From the NCBI GenBank assembly GCA_039920285.1, contig JBDSDX010000001.1, positions 600,001 to 632,000 of the forward strand: DNA of 32,000 nt. Reading direction: 5' to 3'. Below are positions 24,774 to 32,000 of this stretch, piece after piece. The notes beneath the pieces are model-generated. The model was not told the origin of the DNA. It did no database searches and saw nothing but the letters and a program-made list of their open reading frames with translations. A program made the position numbers and the translations under genes. Numbering within the stretch: the stretch's first letter is position 1; the number at the start of each line of letters is the position of its first letter. This DNA comes from Candidatus Saccharimonadota bacterium (GTDB taxonomy: Bacteria > Patescibacteriota > Saccharimonadia > Saccharimonadales > Saccharimonadaceae).

Positions 24774-26486
24774 TTACTCAGTCGTTTTCGCAATCAACTT
24801 TTCTGCATCGAGCATACGCTTGAGGCGCATCACCCCATTTCGAGCTGTGACCATAGAAAGTGTTCGTCCTAACTCATATTGAACAGCAACTGTTCGCCAT
24901 GTGACATGCTCATCAGTAAAATAATAGGCTTTAATAAGCTTCCGTTCGCGGACGCCGATTGTTTCGAGTAGGGCATTCAGGTGATCGTGATCAAGTGTGA
25001 CTAATCCCAGTTTGCTAGCGAGTCGCTCTTCCTTGGTTTGTTTTTCTGGTGGCGTCGCGAACTCACCGTGACCGTATTTACGTGCCATTAAGAGAAGTTC
25101 GGTACGATTACGTGCACCTGTTTTCCTAAAACCTTCAGCTATGTCGTAATGAAGTCGAGAAACATCAACACCAGTCCGTTCTACTAGTTCATCGTCAGTT
25201 AAGTCGAGATTCTGATAAATATATAACCTATCAGTATTAAACGCGTCAGCCATCGGTTTGATCGGCTCAGGGATATTGAATTCATAGCCATGTTCATAGA
25301 GATAAAGCGCTAACTGTCGTCGCTTATCGAGGCCGACACGCTCAAGCATACGACTCACCGCACCGCCGACAGCATCTTTCGATAGACCCGTCACATTCAT
25401 AATCGCTTCCGTATCCTCTAGTAGTAGATGAGGAATGATTTCTCGCTGGAACAACGTAAATACCTTTAAATAATCTGGCGCTTCGTCAACTCTCGGAACC
25501 AGGTTATTAAGTCGAGCCATAATAGCCATTTCTGTACGACTTCGCGCTTTCATTTTCTTTTTTAATAACGTGGTCATGTCATTAATTGCCTGGAATGATG
25601 TGTTGAGTTTTTCGCTGATATCCTCATAACTATAATGTGTCAAAGAAATAACATCGAGTTGTTTATCGGTAAATATAACTCCTTCAGGAAGCGTAGGAAC
25701 ATCAAAAACAATCCCTGCATCGATACAGGCAAGTGCCAATGTCGCCCGGTTCGGGATACTGAACTGATTCTGGACCGTGCGCATTTTCTTATAAAATGTC
25801 GAGATATCCATTCCGGTTTTTTTTTCGACACCAACATTCGGAAGATTAATATACTGTAACCAATCGACATGCGATAACAACACCTCAGCCTGAGTAGGTT
25901 CATTATCTTGATACTGCTTAGCCTTCCGTTCCTCAAGTGAGTCAACTCTCTCGAGTGTTGACATAAACTGGTAGAGCGCCGCCGTTGGCTTTTTTCTATC
26001 TCCGATAAACGCATCGCCATTAGTCCAAGGGAACTCTTTTTGAAAGGCTTGATCAATCAGAAGCGCAGCATATTCTGTGAAAATAGTTGTCGTAGAGCGA
26101 AGATTGTATGTCATCGCCGCCTCAAGGAGCACCGATTCACCAACACTCATCAATTGGTCAAAGTTATCAAACGAGACCGCACGGTACGGATAGGCGAGGG
26201 CTGCAATCATGCCTTTATTCATTGTGACAATATCATCAGCTTTGTCCAAATCTCCACGACGAAGTGCAAACACCGCTTCTTTTTGTTGCGCACGAGAAGG
26301 TGTCTCCTCTTTACTTATTTGTCTTTGGAATCGAATCAGCAGCGCATCGAGTGGATCTTCTTTTGTGACAAAATTGACACGATCAAGATACTTACTCGGC
26401 TTATTGTCATCATCGCTCGACGACTCATATTCTGAAGGTGTCACAGGCATATCATTATCATAATATTCCTTAAAGAACTTGTGCAA
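24774..26486 (-). CDS. Sigma-70 region-2-like protein with four tandem LuxR/GerE-type HTH modules and a terminal sigma region-4-like HTH
   Basis: Residues ~82-150, ADDIVTMNKGMIAALAYPYRAVSFDNFDQLMSVGESVLLEAAMTYNLRSTTTIFTEYAALLIDQAF, fit the sigma-70 r2 pattern. Four modules follow, ending in IPNRATLALACIDAGIV, ARSRTEMAIMARLNNLV, LDKRRQLALYLYEHGY and ARNRTELLLMARKYGH. The final part is RERKLIKAYYF ... VAVQYELGRTLSMVTARNGVMRLKRML. The start is uncertain: TTG 26486 or ATG 26450. Confidence 0.72.
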   Translation of the reverse strand: MHKFFKEYYDNDMPVTPSEYESSSDDDNKPSKYLDRVNFVTKEDPLDALLIRFQRQISKEETPSRAQQKEAVFALRRGDLDKADDIVTMNKGMIAALAYPYRAVSFDNFDQLMSVGESVLLEAAMTYNLRSTTTIFTEYAALLIDQAFQKEFPWTNGDAFIGDRKKPTAALYQFMSTLERVDSLEERKAKQYQDNEPTQAEVLLSHVDWLQYINLPNVGVEKKTGMDISTFYKKMRTVQNQFSIPNRATLALACIDAGIVFDVPTLPEGVIFTDKQLDVISLTHYSYEDISEKLNTSFQAINDMTTLLKKKMKARSRTEMAIMARLNNLVPRVDEAPDYLKVFTLFQREIIPHLLLEDTEAIMNVTGLSKDAVGGAVSRMLERVGLDKRRQLALYLYEHGYEFNIPEPIKPMADAFNTDRLYIYQNLDLTDDELVERTGVDVSRLHYDIAEGFRKTGARNRTELLLMARKYGHGEFATPPEKQTKEERLASKLGLVTLDHDHLNALLETIGVRERKLIKAYYFTDEHVTWRTVAVQYELGRTLSMVTARNGVMRLKRMLDAEKLIAKTTE

Positions 26487-26526
26487 GCATAACTAGTTTT
26501 TACTATGAAAAGAGCTTACGTAAACG

Positions 26527-27213
26527 CTACACTTCAATTTCGAGAAGCATAGGCAAATGATCAGAAATCTCATTCTGAGGAACAATAAAACTCTGACATT
26601 TAATTTTATCGTTAATAAATACATAGTCTGAATAGAGCATTTTTACAGGAAAACGATCCCAGGCAAGACGGTTCCGCGTGGTCTCAATAGCGAAGTCTTT
26701 GATAAGATTTCGATACCCGTGTAGCGCAAACACCTCAATACTCTCTGTCTCAGGGAAGATATTAAAGTCACCGCCAATTACCACTGGTTCTTTTTTATCT
26801 TTGAAAAAATTGATGATTTCACTAGATTGCTCTAACCTTACCGGGCTATCAAGTTTGTTCTTTGGATGTGCGGTTCCGTGAACATTGCAGACATAGGTAG
26901 GCACTCCATTTATCTTCACTTTTGCATATATAGCGAGGCCGCGATCCATCTCACTTGCCATAAGCGTTCCTGATGTCAACACATCAATATCTTTTTTGAT
27001 AAACATCGATTGTGGAAAATTATCTTTATCAGAAAGATATTTGTAATCGCACACTTCTTTATACCCAGACAATACGTCTGCGCAATGATGTTTCATTTCA
27101 TCAGTGGCTTCCTGGAAACAAAAGATATCAGTATCACGAGCTTGCTCTTCAAGATAGGGTAACAACCCCTCCTGCATACTATCACCCCAGACATTTAAGA
27201 ATACGATCTTCAT
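26527..27213 (-). CDS. Endonuclease/exonuclease/phosphatase (EEP) family protein
   Basis: MKIVFLNVW ... IFCFQE ... NVHG ... VVIGGDFN ... SDHLPMLLEI are the EEP catalytic motifs. Extended -10 TGaTATACT (27228-27220, minus strand) lies 6 nt before the ATG. Confidence 0.85.
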   Translation of the reverse strand: MKIVFLNVWGDSMQEGLLPYLEEQARDTDIFCFQEATDEMKHHCADVLSGYKEVCDYKYLSDKDNFPQSMFIKKDIDVLTSGTLMASEMDRGLAIYAKVKINGVPTYVCNVHGTAHPKNKLDSPVRLEQSSEIINFFKDKKEPVVIGGDFNIFPETESIEVFALHGYRNLIKDFAIETTRNRLAWDRFPVKMLYSDYVFINDKIKCQSFIVPQNEISDHLPMLLEIEV

Positions 27214-27244
27214 CGTTATAGTATATCAAACGCGCAGAGAAACA

Positions 27245-27289
27245 CTTCCCAAGCAAAGAGAGACACTTTCATGTCTCTCTTCTGGGAAG
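27245..27289 (-). terminator. Long two-tier hairpin; candidate terminator of the ackA-xfp-heliorhodopsin transcript or of a short RNA
   Basis: The inner 9-bp stem AGAGAGACA (27257-27265) pairs with TGTCTCTCT (27272-27280). The outer stem CTTCCCA (27245-27251) pairs with TGGGAAG (27283-27289). On the minus strand it is followed by TGTTTCTCT. Confidence 0.55.
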
Positions 27290-27405
27290 ATTTGCACCAA
27301 CAGATGTGACCTACGAACTAAATAACTGAGCTGTAACTGAACTATTGAACTTGATCGGTCACACATAATGATTATGTGCTGTATCACTTGATCTTCCTAC
27401 TCAAT

Positions 27406-27434
27406 ATTTTACCAACTCGAATTTGGCTCGTCAA
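27406..27434 (-). promoter_or_regulatory. Candidate promoter TTGACG-17-TAAAAT just downstream of the heliorhodopsin stop
   Basis: On the minus strand, TTGACG lies at 27434-27429 and TAAAAT at 27411-27406, with a 17-nt spacer. It points toward the 27245-27289 hairpin. Confidence 0.4.
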
Positions 27435-27462
27435 CACTTTTTTTGGATATTTTTTGGTGAAT

Positions 27463-28224
27463 CTAGATGAGTGTATTTGCAAAGATTTGCATTGCAAGAG
27501 CTGCTTTAGCGACGAAGCTCAGTACTATATACGCTCTTTCGCCTCGGAGGTAGTTCTTCCATTTTCCTTTTGCGCTGTACTGTTTGTACTGTACGTAAGC
27601 AAAGGTATTAAAGAGCACGAATATTGACACGATAATACCGTAGACAAAGGCTGGTGGAGTGGCGCTTGACGGTGAGTTTGGCGAAAGGACACTAATCAGA
27701 ACGATGATCCATGGAACTATTCCAGCGATACATCCGAAGATGAAGGGGAGCCAGTCGCCATTGCCTGGTTTTGCGTAACGTTCCTGAAGCCAGCCGAAAA
27801 GGATCATCGAAGCATTCACACCGACGATACCAATAAGCGCACCGTAGTTACTAATCCCAGTGATTTGTGCGATCAATAGAATCATCAATGATGAGCTGAC
27901 CGAATATTCGATCCATCGAAAGATATTTATATTTTCACTTAAACCCTTGATATAGCGAGGGAATACTCGTCCTGAAGCAACGAGAAAGTGAAAGAATGAC
28001 GACAGTCCAAGGAACAATGCGACGGCGTACCCTGTACGGATATTAAAGAGTGTAATCGGGTCAGTAAATATGCTTCCGGGAGGACCCGCAAGATACGATG
28101 CTGTGACCGGTAGCGAGAAATCATTAGATAGTAGTAGTACGACACCTGCGAGGATGAGGTGAAAACATCCTGCAATTATATTGAATCTGCGCAGTGAGCT
28201 TGCGGTACTTTTAGGTATATTCAT
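27463..28224 (-). CDS. Heliorhodopsin
   Basis: The 253-aa, 7-TM protein aligns along its whole length with heliorhodopsin 48C12 as I remember it: FNIIAGCFHLILAGVVLLLSNDFSLPVTASYLAGPPG, LFLGLSSFFHFLV, NIFRWIEYSVSSSLMILLIAQI (counterion Glu), GVNASMILFGWLQERY, LPFIFGCIAGIVPWI, FVYGIIVS, and WKNYLRGERAYIVLSFVAKAALAMQIF (Schiff-base Lys). Confidence 0.9.
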   Translation of the reverse strand: MNIPKSTASSLRRFNIIAGCFHLILAGVVLLLSNDFSLPVTASYLAGPPGSIFTDPITLFNIRTGYAVALFLGLSSFFHFLVASGRVFPRYIKGLSENINIFRWIEYSVSSSLMILLIAQITGISNYGALIGIVGVNASMILFGWLQERYAKPGNGDWLPFIFGCIAGIVPWIIVLISVLSPNSPSSATPPAFVYGIIVSIFVLFNTFAYVQYKQYSAKGKWKNYLRGERAYIVLSFVAKAALAMQIFANTLI

Positions 28225-28242
28225 ACCATTACTATACCAGAA

Positions 28243-30609
28243 TTATTGATGCGACCAGTGCTGAATTTCGGGCATATCGACACCGTTCTTATTTATATAA
28301 TTCGTGTGTTCAATCAGCTTCTTGTCCATCAGCTCCTTGAGGTTTTGAGCAGCTTCGCTCGTCAATCCAGCATACTCAATGGCATCAATCACCAAGTGGA
28401 ATCGGTCCATGTCGTTACGGACCGTCATATCAAACGCCGTTGTAATCGAGCCTTCCTCTTTATAGCCACGAACGTGAATATTACGATTGTGTCGCCGATA
28501 GGTAAGGCGGTGAATCAACCAAGGGTACCCATGGAACGCAAACAGTATTTCTTTGTCTTTCGTAAATAACTCGTCATATTCTGGATCACTCATACCGTGA
28601 GGGTGTTCGGTATTTGGCTCAAGTCGCATGAGGTCAACGACATTCACGACGCGAACTTTCAAATCAGGCAAGTACTCTTTCAGGATCGAAGCAGCTGCAA
28701 TAATCTCGAGTGTCGGCACATCCCCAGCACAGACCATGACGATATCAGGATCAGTGACACCTTCAGTACCCGCCCAGTCCCATACACCAATGCCACGAGA
28801 ACAGTGTGCGACCGCATCTTCCATGTTCAACCATTGAGGGCTACCGTGTTTACCGGTAATCGTCAGGTTTATGTAATTACGGCTACGTAAACAGTGGTCC
28901 ATAACCGAGAGAAGTGTATTTGCATCCGGAGGTAAGTAGATTCGAATAATTTCTGACTTTTTATTAACCAGGTGATCAATAAAGCCAGGATCTTGATGAG
29001 TAAACCCGTTGTGGTCTTGTCGCCACACGTGTGATGTGAGTAGGTAATTGAGCGAAGCAATGTCATTGCGCCACGGGAGTTCACTCGCCATCTTGATCCA
29101 CTTTGCGTGCTGAGTTACCATCGAGTCAACAATACGAATGAACGCCTCATAGCTATGGAGTAAGCCGTGACGTCCAGTCAATAGGTAGCCTTCAAGCCAA
29201 CCCTCAGCCTGGTGTTCACTCAGCATTGAGTCCAAAACTGCACCGCGATTTGAGAGGAACTCGTCAGAAGGTTTGACGCGTGCATTCCACTGCCTGTTTG
29301 TTGCCTCTAAAACCGCTTCAAGACGATTGGATACCAATTCATCAGGACCAAATATTCTGAAATTATTATATTTACTATTGAGTGCAATAATATCTCGGAA
29401 ATAGGGACCGGCCGCAAAGACATTTCCCATTTTTGACATATAGCCACGAGCGACTGCGACTTCATACTCACGAAAATCCGGGACATGAAGCTCCTGGAGC
29501 ATATCACCACCATTTGTATGTGGGTTTGAACCCATACGGTGCTTACCAACTGGAGCAAGTTCGGCAAGTTCAGGTAATAAACGTCCGTTACTATCGAAGA
29601 GTTCTTCTGGTCGATAACTCTTGAGCCATGCCTCGAGCTGTTCGACACTGCCCGGGTGAGCTTCGTCGACCGCCATAGGAACTTGGTGTGCTCTAAAGTT
29701 ATTTTCAATCTTTTTGCCATCAATTTCTTTAGGTCCTGTCCATCCTTTCGGAGAAGCGAGGATGATCATCGGCCAGCGGGGACGCGTCGTATCGTTATTA
29801 TCACGTGCATTCGTCTGAATTCGCTTAATCTCGGCAGTCACTTCATCGAGTTTTGTAGCCATCAGTTGGTGCATATCCATCGGATCGTCACCTTCAACAA
29901 AATAAGGATTCCAGCCATAGCCATGGAATAACTGCTCAAGCTCTTCACGTTCAATACGAGCCAAAATTGTTGGGTTACTAATCTTGTAGCCGTTCAAATG
30001 GAGGATAGGGAGCACGGCACCATCAGATTGGGCATTTAAGAATTTATTTGAGTGCCACGCGGTCGCCAGCGGGCCGGTCTCTGCCTCGCCGTCGCCAACC
30101 ACACAGGCGACGATCAAGTCGGGGTTATCAAAGGCGGCACCGAACGCATGACTCAGAGAATACCCCAGTTCACCACCTTCGTGAATTGATCCAGGTACTT
30201 GTGGCGAAACGTGGCTCGACAACCCGCCAGGGAATGATGACATTTTAAAGAGGTTGCGAAGACCATTCTCATCTTGAGTCACTTCAGGATAATACTCACT
30301 GAATGTCCCTTCGAGGTAGACATTTCCAACAATCGCTGGTCCACCATGTCCTGGTCCTGAAATATAGAGCATGTTTAGATTATCTTTTTTAATCACTCGG
30401 TTGAGGTGTGTATAAATAAAGTTTTGGCCTGGTGAGGTTCCCCAGTGTCCGAGAAGTAATTTCTTAACATGTTCAATTTTAAGCGGCTCTTTAAGAAGCG
30501 GATTATCACATAAATAGATCTGTCCAACGGTCACATAGTTGGTTGCGCGCCAATAGGCGTCAATGTTCTTGAGCATCTCTTCTGAGAGTGGGGTATCGCT
30601 CGGACTCAT
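28243..30609 (-). CDS. xfp: Xylulose-5-P/fructose-6-P phosphoketolase
   Basis: 788 aa. N-terminal [29 protein letters not shown], the signature [39 protein letters not shown], and [15 protein letters not shown]. The start overlaps the ackA stop by 4 nt. Confidence 0.95.
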   Translation of the reverse strand: MSPSDTPLSEEMLKNIDAYWRATNYVTVGQIYLCDNPLLKEPLKIEHVKKLLLGHWGTSPGQNFIYTHLNRVIKKDNLNMLYISGPGHGGPAIVGNVYLEGTFSEYYPEVTQDENGLRNLFKMSSFPGGLSSHVSPQVPGSIHEGGELGYSLSHAFGAAFDNPDLIVACVVGDGEAETGPLATAWHSNKFLNAQSDGAVLPILHLNGYKISNPTILARIEREELEQLFHGYGWNPYFVEGDDPMDMHQLMATKLDEVTAEIKRIQTNARDNNDTTRPRWPMIILASPKGWTGPKEIDGKKIENNFRAHQVPMAVDEAHPGSVEQLEAWLKSYRPEELFDSNGRLLPELAELAPVGKHRMGSNPHTNGGDMLQELHVPDFREYEVAVARGYMSKMGNVFAAGPYFRDIIALNSKYNNFRIFGPDELVSNRLEAVLEATNRQWNARVKPSDEFLSNRGAVLDSMLSEHQAEGWLEGYLLTGRHGLLHSYEAFIRIVDSMVTQHAKWIKMASELPWRNDIASLNYLLTSHVWRQDHNGFTHQDPGFIDHLVNKKSEIIRIYLPPDANTLLSVMDHCLRSRNYINLTITGKHGSPQWLNMEDAVAHCSRGIGVWDWAGTEGVTDPDIVMVCAGDVPTLEIIAAASILKEYLPDLKVRVVNVVDLMRLEPNTEHPHGMSDPEYDELFTKDKEILFAFHGYPWLIHRLTYRRHNRNIHVRGYKEEGSITTAFDMTVRNDMDRFHLVIDAIEYAGLTSEAAQNLKELMDKKLIEHTNYINKNGVDMPEIQHWSHQ

Positions 30610-31772
30610 ATTGTTTCCTCCTGATGGATATGCTGATAGGCAATCCTGGCTATAACGTTACTTTCATTGGTACTAAACACGTGCACACCCGTCCCACTTC
30701 CATCGACAGAAATCGTCAGTTCGTGTCGATCATTTTTTTCATCATCAATCTGAATACCCAAATATTCCAACCCGTCGCATATGCGTTTTCGAAGTACCGA
30801 CGACTGTTCACCAATACCACCTGAGAATACGAGACTATCGACACCACCTAAACTCGCACTCAAAGCTCCGATGGCTTTTTTGACATCATAACAAAATAGT
30901 TCAACAGCCTCAGCTGATTCTGGGCGAATAGACGCTTCATCAATTAATGTGTGCATATCAGCCGACGAACCAGACACTCCGAGTAAGCCAGATTCATAAT
31001 TAACCATGTGGTTATACTGTTCGATAGTCATGTCGTACTTTTTATGTAAGTACCATACAAGCCCCGTATCAACATCGCCGGACCTCGTACTCATCACCAC
31101 ACCCGAGGCAGGCGTGAGACCCATCGTCGTGTCGATTGGTTTCATATCTTTCGTTGCAGTCAGACTCGCACCGCTTCCAAGATGGGCAAAGATAATGCGT
31201 CCATGAGCCACCACGTCACCAAACTCGTGTTTTACGGCTGACAGTAAGTACTCGTATGAAAGCCCGTGAAACCCATAGCGACGGAGTCCGTCAGATTGAT
31301 ACTGACGAGGAATCGGAAGGAGTTGAGCAATTCGAGGTAAGTCATTATAAAAAGTCGTGTCATAGCAGGCGACATGTCGCACATCGGGAAAACGCGTCAT
31401 CACTACTTCAAGCGCTTTCAGAAACGGCACGGTATGTTCAGGGTCGAGTTTATTATCAGCTTGAAGTCGTTGAATAAAGGAATCATCAATATCTTGTGGG
31501 CCACTTTGGCCTTGGCCACCGTATACAACCCTATAGCCGACCGCCGAAAGAGTCGACGTGTCGATTTTTGTATTCAATTCATCAATAAGTGATTCGATAG
31601 TCTGCTGGTGATCGCCACCGCTTGTTGAAACGGTCGCGAGCGGAGTAATTTCAAAAGATTCATCAATGGATACAACCGCGAGTTTGATACTCGAGGACCC
31701 CACGTTAACCGTCAATATGTTAGTGCTTATTCCCACCGATTCATAATAACAGAGTGGGGCAGATAGATACAC
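30606..31772 (-). CDS. ackA: Acetate kinase
   Basis: [61 protein letters not shown] and FSGGIGEQS are the ASKHA/acetate kinase motifs. The start is uncertain: GTG 31772 lies in the loop of a hairpin (31756-31783), and in-frame GTG 31736 is an alternative. Confidence 0.88.
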   Translation of the reverse strand: MYLSAPLCYYESVGISTNILTVNVGSSSIKLAVVSIDESFEITPLATVSTSGGDHQQTIESLIDELNTKIDTSTLSAVGYRVVYGGQGQSGPQDIDDSFIQRLQADNKLDPEHTVPFLKALEVVMTRFPDVRHVACYDTTFYNDLPRIAQLLPIPRQYQSDGLRRYGFHGLSYEYLLSAVKHEFGDVVAHGRIIFAHLGSGASLTATKDMKPIDTTMGLTPASGVVMSTRSGDVDTGLVWYLHKKYDMTIEQYNHMVNYESGLLGVSGSSADMHTLIDEASIRPESAEAVELFCYDVKKAIGALSASLGGVDSLVFSGGIGEQSSVLRKRICDGLEYLGIQIDDEKNDRHELTISVDGSGTGVHVFSTNESNVIARIAYQHIHQEETI

Positions 31773-31811
31773 TGATCTGCCCCAGATAATAAGCAGCTGT
31801 CTATCGATTGT

Positions 31812-31820
31812 TGCTATAAT
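31812..31820 (+). promoter_or_regulatory. Extended -10 element TGcTATAAT
   Basis: TGCTATAAT at 31812-31820, about 27 nt upstream of the GTG of the 23-aa small ORF. Confidence 0.4.
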
Positions 31821-31846
31821 GAAATCATTACACGAAAGGGCGTACT

Positions 31847-31918
31847 GTGTCTAAAGGAACCAACCACAAAAAAGCGGTGAAAAAACCAAAAAAGTCTAAG
31901 GTCATTACCGCTGTTTAA
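31847..31918 (+). CDS. Candidate small ORF: 23-aa Lys-rich peptide (VSKGTNHKKAVKKPKKSKVITAV, GTG start)
   Basis: GAAAGGG SD-like sequence (31834-31840) lies 6 nt before the GTG, with an extended -10 upstream. A downstream 8-bp hairpin pairs AAGATTCA (31942-31949) with TGAATCTT (31967-31974). The N-terminus resembles the 21476 small ORF. Confidence 0.3.
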   Translation: MSKGTNHKKAVKKPKKSKVITAV

Positions 31919-32000
31919 CAGCGAAGTAGAAGTAAACCCAGAAGATTCATGGTCCATAAAGTGTCGTGAATCTTATTTAATACTGATGTATTTAGGAATT

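Noticed and set aside
25640-26435. ORFs of 138 aa (minus strand, out of frame) and 131/84 aa (plus strand) inside the 570-aa gene
   Set aside because: They are fully nested in a longer ORF with coherent domain structure. Their translations are Arg/Ser/Cys-rich and have no start signals.
27376-27627. 83-aa plus-strand ORF overlapping the 3' end of the heliorhodopsin gene
   Set aside because: It is antisense to a confidently identified gene and has no SD. Its hydrophobic, low-complexity translation is typical of the reverse frame of a membrane protein gene.
1-32000. CRISPR arrays, rRNA or tRNA genes, IS elements and integrases
   Set aside because: I saw no regularly spaced direct repeats, no rRNA- or tRNA-like conserved segments in any intergenic region, and no transposase or integrase-like ORF in the six-frame track. 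The two high-GC inserts therefore lack visible mobility genes.

Overview
The window is gene-dense, with about 30 protein-coding genes. I saw no rRNA, tRNA, CRISPR array, transposase or integrase. All family calls come from motifs I recognise in the supplied translations; no database search was possible.

Backbone: by hand count the backbone is AT-rich, about 40-45% GC. It has short or overlapping gene junctions. It carries housekeeping genes: ybaB, recR, a DHH/DHHA1 phosphoesterase, cysS, an AI-2E transporter, an FAD-linked oxidase, an HxlR regulator, an OmpR/HisKA two-component pair, a GreA-like factor and a P-type ATPase. This gene content, including xfp-ackA fermentation genes, a monoderm sortase and the compact layout, fits a reduced-genome monoderm such as a Saccharibacteria/Patescibacteria-type organism. 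That taxonomic placement is inference only.

Notable content:
1. A heliorhodopsin gene with all remembered key residues sits 18 nt downstream of, and co-oriented with, an overlapping acetate kinase-phosphoketolase pair.
2. A six-gene, translationally coupled carotenoid operon lies about 6.5 kb from the heliorhodopsin. It encodes a polyprenyl synthase, phytoene synthase, phytoene desaturase, two small lycopene-cyclase-domain subunits and a UbiA-type lycopene-elongase-like prenyltransferase. The order matches actinobacterial C50-carotenoid clusters. No Blh/Brp retinal-forming enzyme is visible.
3. A roughly 3 kb island of about 60% GC encodes a 708-aa secreted surface protein and an overlapping sortase-like gene, driven by an AT-rich consensus promoter.
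4. A second high-GC single-gene cassette encodes an all-beta-helix hexapeptide-repeat protein.
5. One minus-strand operon encodes a 570-aa protein with a sigma-70 region-2-like domain and about five tandem HTH modules, an Erm-like rRNA methyltransferase, and two membrane proteins.
6. Many genes have a -10 element only 6-11 nt upstream of the ATG and no Shine-Dalgarno sequence, which suggests leaderless mRNAs.
7. Two tiny promoter-to-terminator units encode similar Lys-rich peptides.
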